Below, one piece after another: positions 37,460 through 48,419 of a stretch of 55,965 nt of DNA. The position numbers were made by a program, and so were the translations under genes. The DNA is from Coniocarpon cinnabarinum (Eukaryota): the NCBI GenBank assembly GCA_051942205.1, contig JAVECO010000158.1, positions 1-55,965 of the forward strand, given 5' to 3'. The notes under the pieces were generated by a model that worked only from the letters and a program-made list of their open reading frames with translations, was not told where the DNA came from and did no database searches. The stretch's first letter is position 1. Each line of letters opens with the position of its first letter.

Positions 37460-40400
37460 GTTCAGGGGCAAGTCCTCGAACTCTTGAAGCAGGTAATTGT
37501 TGCATGTCACAAATTTTCCGACTTACCAAGATAAGAAACGAAGACGCTCTTCATCTTTGCATTCGAGCCCCACGAAAATCACGTGCTTGGGAAGATTGAC
37601 TAATACTATCACGGTATGGTAAGAGAGAGCTGATCATTCCATAAAGGCATGGAAAGGACACGGATCGTGTAATCAGACATGATGCTTTGAGCAGCTCCAC
37701 TACCGCAGTTTGCATTACAATTTCAGAGGGTAAAGGCCTTCTTTCTTTCTAGCAGAGCGTAAAGTCTTGTCAGTTTGTGTCCTGTTTGCAAATATCTTCC
37801 ATGAAGCGATGCCGATATGCTTCATCGTGGACTGGCACACTGGAGCGTCACAGAAGTACATTGCGAGCGGTTGTGCGTATTGCATAAGCGTCACTGATGC
37901 TCTTCTGAACAATTGTGGGTATGCTGATAAGACTCAATATCTTGCCATGTAAAGCTACATGCATCTATAGGAAACAAGTCCGCTCAAGGACTCGTAGTGA
38001 GCACGTCGTATCATCAACGCTATCATACAGTCTGTTGCAAACAGAAATTCAATGCAGGGGCGAGTGCTTCCTAATCTTCGAGACAATGAAACGTGCCAAC
38101 AAATGGGGGCACCTTGAAAGTTGAAAGTTGTCAATGTTAAATGTTGATGACCGTCTTCAGCATTGCCGCCATAAACATGACAAGAGCAGAACGTGTCATG
38201 AGTCTAAGGTATCGTCGTTACTTGAGGTACTTTGGGATAGACTCACGAAACGTAAGCCCCTTGACAGAAATGGCGTTTGCGCTTTTCGTTTTTGTACCCC
38301 GCTCAGCAAAGGAACTTAAGACTGCGACTCACGATGCAACTTGCAAGAGGGTGCTGGACTGACGACTCAGTTGAGCTCTAGCTGCCTGGCTGAGAGACTT
38401 TACTGGCTCTAATGGAGATATTGAGTATGATGGAAGATCTGAATTGTTGACTAGGGTTTTATTAGCATACATAATCGGCGTACTTACGTGTGACATTCGC
38501 AATTGCACGTCAGCTTTATTACATGTATGACGGCAGAACATGACCCACATGCAAGGCAATAACCCAGCCTGTCATGCTTCGCATCGATAATAACGCTCCT
38601 TTACAAGCCTCTTCAAAGATGTAGCTCATTGAACAATAAGCGCAAACTACGAGTCTGCAGCAAGAATCTTAGAGGGGGCTAACGCACAGCTGCGGTGTTT
38701 CATAGTTTCCAAAAATAGATCCGACCGACTCAACTTAGGGATAGAACAGTGACGCGCACCATCGCTTCCTTCTCTATCATCATCGATCATTGAGTGCATG
38801 ATAAGGTGAGAAGGACCCAGAAACTCAAATCAAAGGCATGGAAGGCAGAAGTTCTTCCCGCCTTTTGTCGTCGATTGCTTTGTTGACTGAATCCCTACAA
38901 CTCGTGATGGCAAAGGCTTTGGCATGAATTTCACTGAAGCTTACGAAATGAGCCTAAACATGTTATTGCCAAGACTACAGGTTTTGCGAGTTCTTTCAAT
39001 GCTATATAAATAATCTTTGTCGGCGCCGAAAGATCGAAGAGTCAAACAACAAGAAAAAGCTATTTAGTACGTAGAGCCACACGCTAGGGGCGCTGTGAAG
39101 CCACATCGCAATGTCAACTTGCACAGCACACATTAGTCCGTTCTCGATTGACAACCACGTAACGTGATGATGCGCATCATTCTCGCGTCGTTCCTCTACA
39201 CATCTGAAAGCCAAAGCTGATCTTCCGCCGCAGTTCCCCTGAGGCGGCGTTCAACCACCACTTCATACCTCTTAGTATTCCCGACATGTTGACAAACTCA
39301 ACAGCAAGTCATTGGACCAAGTCAGTCGACCAAGTCAGTCGCCAAATGTGTCATAGAGTGCATACTAAGTCGAACTAGAAATCGCCCTGCGAAGAGCACG
39401 CTCTTGTACGTCATCAACCATCTCAGTCATCACCCAGATATTTCTGATTCAACACTCGCGTCAAGTTCATAGAGACTTGTGATGCTTGCGAGTGAGTGTC
39501 TAAACTTCCCCTGGAACTTCTTCTTCATTCCTGGTATTTTCGCGCTCCCCGGATAGAAACACGCAAAAGCGAAAGCAAAGGTCCAGAGATTGTGTAGCGT
39601 CTTGTTGAAGCGACTCAAGTCGCTACCAACAGGACAGATATTTAGGACATGTCAAAATCACAAAGTAAGATATTTTACAATACAACAAGTCAGGTATCAG
39701 CATTCTAAATAGTACGCTCTGGTATGAGGGGCGGGCAACTAGCTGACATCAACGCCCAGAGCCATGTGCAGCTCAAAATAACGCGACTCAAAGGTGAAAG
39801 GAGATTTCACCAGTACATCCGCAAGACGAGTTCAGGCGCATACGATGATGAACATCATCAGTGCGTCGATGATTCACAGATGTCTGCGATACGAGATGTA
39901 CGTCTCTTGACTATCGCAAGTTCCTGGATATTATAGTACATCTACAACTTCATTTCCCCTCAGCATCTCCCACCCTTCCGGCAGTCTTCATCATTCTGGT
40001 TCAGCTCGATCGAACACACTGAATTACGAGATTGGCAGATAGAAGTATAGAAAGCTTATGCGCAACTCGGGTCATACTGCAACTCTCTTCTCTAGTTCAT
40101 GCTACTCACAAATGTTGTCGTAATACAATCTTGATGAGAGCCTTCCTGTGCGTCACATCAGTAAAGTGTGAGGTTTACGAAAGAAGATATGGAGGCCTCT
40201 CATGTTACAAGTGCAGTCGCTCGTCAACATGACGATTCGTTTGTCGTTTTACGCCACTCCGCAAATCTGTCAAGCCTCCAAAATCTCCGAGAGGCGGTCT
40301 CAGGAGCAGACGAACAAAAAGAGGGGCGAGATGCTTCACAAACATCATTGCGAGAGAATCAAACTCTCTCAGGGGATATAGCATTGCGCAGTATATCACA

Positions 40401-43400
40401 TGGTCAAGAACCCTCATAGCCACTCAAGATGACGAGCGTCTTCATTTTCATCGTGCGCTGTGCAGATATCTAAAGCACCACGAATTCATGTTTGCTCGCA
40501 AGGCCAAGCATTATAAAATGAGTGTCTAAACTCCCATGGCCCCTGTTTTTGGACGTTCGATTGTGGTCGGTACGCCCTAGTCCTGGATAGAGCCTTCTTG
40601 AGCGCCAGGTTGTTGCGTTGTAAGGTTTGCCGGAAGATTCAAGGAGATTTTGTGTCTTATTTATGCAGTTACCCGTTGCTATGCGACTCTCTCGCTCATT
40701 TACCTTTCGCCGCAGCTATATCAATTGAGAATATCTTCGCAACGCGGCTCCAAGGGTTTTGCGAGAACAGGGCAATGACAAAAGCCCGGGAGAAATTTCC
40801 ATGTGAGGGGATGATACTTTACAATCACTTCAACGTGCATACGAATGAAGCACAGTCTTCGACTACCAACTCAAGTTGATGCGTGTCATCGTCATTCGTC
40901 GCCGCATCTCACACCATGGTGTCGTTGAATCGGGTAATACTGTAAAGTAAGGCCGTCGAAGCCACAAACGTTTGGAGCCATCGAAACAGCTTGTTGCCTT
41001 GACCCAATGTCTATATGGAATCTTGAGGCTTTGTATGTACCAGCTTTTGTACTTGGAAAAGCCAGAAGTCTTGCCACTGGGGAGGATGCTGTACGACTTG
41101 GCCCACATTTGTGCAAGTTTCCGAGGTCTGAAGACCTCAGACATAATGAGTTGAGAAGACTGCAATTGATGTGGAAGATCAGGGGCTTGATGCTCCTCAA
41201 AAAAAGTTGCTGAGTATATCATGAATGGCGCTCTGAAACCAGTGCGAGAACAACGATGATGCGCATCATCCTAAGTGGTCACACGCCGCATACTGAGTAT
41301 CTACATTCTACTAATGCCACTTGTTCAATCCTCTCTGCACGTCAGATAGCTTTCTTGAGTTGTGGCCCTTCCGGATCGCGATCGAATGTTTTCATTTCTT
41401 CTCCTTCTGCTGAGAGAAGGACACCGAAATTGTGATAGATGGAGCTCTTGAGACTCTATCTGTACCGGCTTTTGTATGCCGTCTACTCGTTAGAGCTTTG
41501 GGTGTTCTCGCTTCGTTATTAACGCCGTAACATAGACCACTTCATCTAAGGAAGGATTCGAAAAACACATACATCAGCGATTTGGCTGTAAGAGAAAGTT
41601 TCAGTTAGACGGCTAGGGGCTTAATGCTCATTTGAAGTAGTATCGAATACTTAAAATTTCGTTTCGAAAATCAGTGCCAAGAAGAACAATGATACGCATC
41701 ACTGTATTCATCATCACAGAACTACCTATGTTCTAGCATTTACAAAGGTGTCATGTTACGAAAGCTCAACAGACGTAATTATAGCTCGGATTCCCCTGAC
41801 AGGACATGTTGTAGTCCCGACTGGCATTTTTTGCGAATAGTGAAAGACAAAGATCTTCCGATTGGAGGCTGCAGCATTTGTATGCACCTCACCGTGAAAG
41901 CTGCCAGGTTCGTCGCTACGAGAATAATTTTAGAGCATATAATTTCTCTTAGAGAGTCGAGGACCAGGTTAGTCAAGAGGACGAATACTCAACGCGCGAC
42001 ATTCGACATACGTGAGGGGGCACACAGCCAAATTTTCTTAGCAGAGCATGCTACATTGCGAAGTTTATGATCTTGACAGGAGTTGCTATTGCAAAGCATC
42101 ACTCGTTCAAACGCCTTACACACGATGAGCGGTCGCTCATTTGTTTTTCGAAAAGCAGTGTTGAGGGGAATCGTGATGCGCGTCATCTTTGTCTGAGATG
42201 ATAGCTCGCTCACCTTGTGACATTGTAGACTTGTGACGATATGAAAAACAAACGACATTACAGGAAACATGCATATCCCTTAATTGTGTCACAGAGCGCG
42301 TACCTTTGTCAGGTGTACATGAAGCCCAAGACCCAAATCCTGTCTGACTTGGCATTCATAAGCGTGCCTCCTGCTCTAAACTACGTGACTGGGTGTCGCC
42401 TTCTAAAACGCGCAAGATGTACAAGTAATATCGTTGCATAACCTCACACATTCAACATTTCAATTGTGAGTGATAGAGCTAATCAAAATCTACAAAGGGG
42501 CACTACTCACTCAAACAGGGACTTCTGCTGGACTTAGAAGAGTTTGATCAAGGATGAGCACAGAAGGACACTTTGATGCACAGTAATACCGATTCAAACG
42601 TCTAAGACATGCTAACTTTGGCAAGCAACTTCTGTTTCGAGAATGACCTTGAGAACAATGATAATCCGCGCCATCTTTGCTCACCATTGCAAGTCGTCTA
42701 TCTTTGACATTACAGACTTGAGATGATGCGCAAAATCGGAAAATGTTGATTGATGCATAGTCTATCTCCCCTCCATGGTACCTGACTCCTCTTACTTTCG
42801 TAGAAAGCGTTCTGGGAGTCAAGGCTTAAAACCCGTTTGAGGCATTTGGCAATATTTGTAGAAGTAGCTCCTGGCTCGGACTACGTCGAGCCTGGTGACT
42901 GCTCATCGCGTTTAGAGACCTGAGGAATGGATCAGTACCATTCCTACGCCAACACGTCGAGACATGCGCTGGGTTACAGATATCAAGTCTTTACGCAGAC
43001 ATTTGACAGGGGATTTCAACTCGCTAAAAGAATGTCCGTGCTGAAACTCGTCATACTTCGAGATCAAACCAACGTATCAAGATTCGTTGATGCGCTGCAT
43101 CATTAACCATCAGCATCGTCAACCCGTGCACGTCTTAATACCAGTGCTCGAATTTTCCGTCTGTAGTTCTGCGAGTGCGCTTATTAAGTTCTAAGGCTAG
43201 ATGTCCTCCATTCCCCTTTCCTTTCGTTGTTTTTGGGTTTTCTCCTGTTCCAGGTAAATGGTGTCGAAAGAAGCTTGTACATCAATAGGAAAGACATTTG
43301 AATGCGCTCAATGTTGTCAGGATTGCTATTGTTCTTGGCAGTCGGAGCGCTAGATATTACCTTCATCAACCTTCGACGAGCTCGTCACATCCAAGAACCA

Positions 43401-46400
43401 AGCAGTTGGCAAAAAGACCGCAGGGCCCACAAAGAGGGGCAGCATCTCGACTAGATCGATGCACGAACAAGATACCTTTGTATATAGCATCGATTGCGAC
43501 ACAAACAAGTTGGTGCGTGCCGTCATCGCTCGAACAAACAGCGACAAAATCACTACTTTCTCGACCTCGATGACAGAAGTTCGTAGACGTCAATTTGCTC
43601 GCATCTGCCCCTGAGATTCGTAGTCTACCTTGTTGGACTTGCTCACTAATCAATGCTGAAGTATTGGGCAGAGTCCGCGAAACTTACGATTTTATACGCT
43701 TGAAGTGTCAAAGGCGGTGCTGAGACTCAATCTTTCTGGACTGAGTGTGAATGTTCTCTTTTCAGATTTGTGACGTGTTGATGTGCAGCGTTACTTATCG
43801 CATCATAATTGGCTTACTTGTAGCTTGACATCAACAATCAAGTGAGCATGTTAGACATCGCAGGACCTTAAATCCCCTGGCAGTGCTGACGCGTAGCGGC
43901 CTTTGAGCTCTTATTGCTGAGCCGGTTGTCTTACTTCCCTCTCGCGTGATGCACGTTCCATATCTTTTTTCTCCCTTCGTTCTTGGTGAGTGAAAGGTAT
44001 TGTGAGGAAGTTAGACTGCAACATTATAAAGTCCTGAATGATTCATGGCCCGACGCTAGCTCAGAAGCGTCATGTATTTGGCATTGCCTGAGCAAATCTC
44101 CAAGCATTTGACATATCTTGACATCGAGACGCGATGAATGCGCACTGAATATTACTCGGAGACAGGGGCCAGCGCTCAGCTTGAATTCTGTGTCTTTCAC
44201 ACATTAAGTCCGCAAATTGACTCAAGACGCAGTGAATGGAAGGATGCGCTAACGCGCAGCATCATTTGTCTCAACATTATTAAATGGTGCATGCGTTAAG
44301 ATGAATGCTCAATCGGTGCGTTAGAATTCGCGTGCTGGACTTTGACAAACATGCATCCCCTGCAACGTGAACGCTTCATCAAGCTCTCGAGCTCTTACTG
44401 TGTGATCTTCTTCCTCTTCCATTTCTCGCTTCTTGTGGTGTTTTTCTTGCCCTTTCTCAGGAATCTTTGGGTGATTGCTGTTGATCAAATCAGTGCCACG
44501 AGATCAAGTGTCCGCGATGAAGGCTTTTATACGCGCCCGACGCTATTCAGAGCCAATGTTCTTGGCAGTCATAGACTATAAATCTCAAATGACATTTCGT
44601 GAGGCTTTGTGATATAGATGGCAATAGCACGAGGTGCAAAGCAATGGAGGGATTTCATCGCTACAGGGAATGGTGCTTAGCGGAGATCCATTGCCATGCA
44701 CACAGCTTTCACACATTGCATCCAAAGACACAATGATCCGAAGGACGCGCTGACAAGCAGCATCAATCATTTCGGACACCGAATAGCTACTTCACAGCTG
44801 CTCGATCGCTGGATGCTACTACAGCCTTCGGGTCTTGTGCCACAGCCAACTGTGCTATCCCCTGCCTCGTCGAGGCCCTTGTTCGCTCGTCTTAAGGGCT
44901 GGTTGCAGAAGTCCCCAAAATGCAAGAATCCATGACATCTGTGTGAGACGGACTGGCTCTTTTGTAGCTCATAACGCATCTACACTAGTACAACACGGTT
45001 ATTGTGGAACACAATGCCCACAGCAGATTGGCCTGCTCTTTTTTGATAGGAGGTATTGTATATATATTATCAAATAAAGTTTCAGAAGTATGACACTTCA
45101 GTAGCAAAGTGTGCCGTATTAAGTATTTCCCACGGCGTAGGGGATGGCGTTTACCTGAGAAGCTATCCCTTTCACACGTTACTTTTGCATGTTGCCCCTG
45201 AAGTTCAAAAAATGAAGATGACGCGCTAATGCGCAGCACCATCACTTCACGCAAGACATCGAGGCCTACGCCTATTTGTTTAACCCTGAAAATACAATAA
45301 TTCTGTAGATGTGAGCTAATTTTTGTTTACCCCTCGCAATCGAAGGGGAGCAGATTGCTATATTGCTCACATCACCCAGTTGGTGATCACGATCCGCTGG
45401 ATCAGCAAGAGGACTCTTAAAGTCATCAGAAATTGCGAGATTTAAATCGAAAGTGACGCATATTTAAGGCGTTGCTGGTGCATTTTGAGCAATACATTGT
45501 CGACGATAGGTCATAGTGCGGCAGAAAGTATATCACAAGCTTCGGAGGGGGCACGAATCAAATCGAAGTGGTACGATGAGCTGAGCTCAACCAATAGTCA
45601 ACGAATCATTAACAACACTGACGGAAGCTAAGAATTTCGATTCTTGCGTGATACAGATCGCTACGATGGAGAGATGGACGAGCTGATGCGCAGCATCACT
45701 CGCTTTGACGATTGCCGAATGTCTAATGCTTTTCTCAACGCTACAAGCGCTTATGAAGTTTGTGTCAAGGACACCCTCTCTGCCCCTGATTCGGATACTG
45801 ACTAAGTTGACAATGTCACTTTACCCATGTTGATGATCCATAAGATCCTCACAGAGAGCTAGAGACTATATGAACACCAACTCTGATCATTTCTTCTTTC
45901 GTTGACGCCATCACCGGTACAATCGTCCATCTGTCCACGAGCGCTATACTTCTTGTAGACTTGACTATCCGCAGATGTCCATTTCTGTTAATCAGTTGTA
46001 CACGAGTTGGCAAGCAGCAAGCCTCCTCCTGTCCGCTAGGGGGCGCACAAAATGATTCATGCCACTGCCTCAGCACCTTGAGCATACGTTCATCCGCAAG
46101 AAATGACGAGGACATAGAATGACGCGCATCATCACCACGCCGATCGACGATCACCTACCTGCTTTTCACCACTTTCTCCAACGCTAAAGCAGACAAGAAC
46201 CTACGAGACGTTCACTTGTTCTCATTCGCGCGTTGGGTTCAGTAGGTGTCCTCCCCTTTGGTTCGATTTGGGCCGTTGTTCTTGCCCAGTGATCACCGCT
46301 GATCCATTGGCAAGAGTCCGCCAAATTTAGCAATCCAAGAACCTCCAATGTCAAAGGCGTTGCCTCGTTACTTTTTCCCCATGTCTGTAGTCTAAAAATG

Positions 46401-47480
46401 ATGAATGTCCTTTGACTCCTTGCATCATGTTGGAAGTAAAATATTGTTGAAGGTTCGAAACTGAGGTTTGAAAGCCATTGGCACTCCGAGCAACGAGGGG
46501 CAGCATTTTGATCCGAAGCGATGCCACACCGACTTAAGTCCACTCAGCTTTGAAAGGCAACAAAAAGTCAATGAGATAACGTACATCATCATTGCCCAAT
46601 CAACGACCTGCACATTCTCCATCCCAAATTAACAAGTCCAACACAAGTTACGAACCCAGTGGCGCGTCCAATTATTCTTCCCCTTGGAAATCTTCCTATC
46701 ACCAGCAGCTTCATGATTCCATGCTTTGCCCTGCGAAGTCCTCGAAAGCATCAACGACCAGACTTAGTGTCTCACAAACTCTCGGTCTTGGCGTGCAATA
46801 GACGCTTGAGGGAAGCCTGAGCGTGCTTATTCTGTCTTGCCAGAAGCAGAGGTGGACGAATTGGTACATCCGATGGGAAATGATGAGCATTCGAACTGCA
46901 AGTACGACTTATCACCTCATTCCGTGATGGCGACTTGATCAAACTCGCAGAAGTCTCAGGGGACTTCCGTTCACAAGGTCGAACCACCAAGCGCTATTGA
47001 CGTGTTAATGCGATGAGGCGCATCATTACCCTCCCAGCTCATGACTCTGTCGATTTTGACTTTGACTTGATGTCTGCATCACACGTATCAAGAAATTTGA
47101 GTAAATATGTGACATACCCAACGCAGACCCCCTCCCATGTTTCGAATAGTTATCACAATCCTTTCAGACCATAGTTGACACCGCAAAGTGAGGTCCATAT
47201 CAAAACTCAGTAGAATTCATACACCCTACTTCCTCGTTGCTTCTCTTCTCCTTTCGATGGTCACTGCCGGATGAGCGGCAAGCATGTATTAAAGGAAAAG
47301 GACGATGGAAAGACTCGGTGGAAGCTAGCTTAACATGTCGCGGTTCACGAACAGGCAGGACCCGTACGGGGGCTTTTCATCGAACGAAGCAAGAACCAAA
47401 AATCAAATTGTGCTCTTTGCTTTTTCTCAAACCGTCAAGGTCCTCAGACGAGAAAACTCAACTCATCATCAGCTCATCGC
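37460..47480 (+). repeat. Dispersed array of short palindromic motifs (GATGA(T/C)GCGCATCA-like), each usually preceded by AGGGG, ~450-bp modal spacing
   Basis: Motifs at 38750, 39165, 39844, 40428, 40877, 41255, 41689, 42125/42174, 43088, 43780, 44243, 44744, 45217, 45677, 46119, 46576, 47012. Perfect palindromes at 39167-39180 and 41255-41270. Confidence 0.75.
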
Positions 47481-48419
47481 TACGCCGGAGCACACTACCG
47501 TCGCCTCGAGACTTGCATCATTCTAAACGAATAAAATTAGCACTAATATTCTCCAACAGTGCGAGTTCATCATGATCCCTGCCATAGTAAAAGTTCAGAG
47601 ACATGCTCAGAAGCGTCTTGAAGTGACGTTCCAAGTGATGTTCCAAGTGGTCCGATGATATCGTGCTGGCTTAAGGAGATCAGTGACTTATGAGGAAGTT
47701 GAACCCGGCTCAGAGTCTGGCATGGTGCTATGTAGCGTTGCGCATGCACGAGACGAGTGCAAACGTGCGAGGATATCCAGAGGCGATGTGCGCTCCGTTT
47801 CTGCACCCTGTGAAAGAGCCAATGACATGCGAGAGGCAACGTCACCGCTTTGTTGTGACAAATTATGCCTCGTCCTAGAGTTGTAAAATGATAGACACAG
47901 AGGCTATGTGCTCTTTACTCGGTATGCCATTCTACAGCAAGTATAGTCAATGGACATGCTCGAATAAGAACAGAGGCTACGCATGCTTTGCGTCTCTTAG
48001 CTGACCTGGTTACTAGTGCAACTGTCAGCAAGGGTGCGCGATCAGAGCGCCTGCTCCGACGTATATGCAAGCTCTGGCAAGTCCTAGTTCCAATGGCGAG
48101 CACCTCACCCGATCTTGTGGCCGCAAAACCCAGTGGCTGCGGGCTGTTCCATAGCAAGGGCCCTTCTCAGCAATTTCTGCATCTAGCACTCGCACTGTCA
48201 TTTCTCAAGATCATCCGTTGCCAGGCCAGCACAAATCTGATGTCGGGTCATGCACGCTTCGGCACTTGCCCATCCTGGTTGAATGTGTCTATTGCAGTGA
48301 CCGCAACATCGTCGTGCTCCTGCAGGCCAAAGCGCGGGCGTGACGTCTGCACCATGTATCCTTTCAGCGACTAAATATCGATAGTCCCGAGAACGGCGTA
48401 GTGTAGGTGCTCGTCGTCG

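Noticed and set aside
37460..47480. True CRISPR array
   Set aside because: Eukaryotic context, degenerate 14-22 nt motifs, ~450-bp spacers and no cas genes.
21820..47480. Box C/D snoRNA cluster (TGATGA ... CTGA on the - strand via TCAGGGG)
   Set aside because: Intact C and D boxes rarely co-occur in the same unit. Not supportable by eye, though snoscan or small-RNA data should be checked.
21600..48400. RIP-degraded transposon blocks as the explanation for the deserts
   Set aside because: The deserts are not strongly AT- or TpA-rich, CpA/TpG are abundant, and no RT, integrase or transposase remnants, LTRs or TIRs are recognisable.
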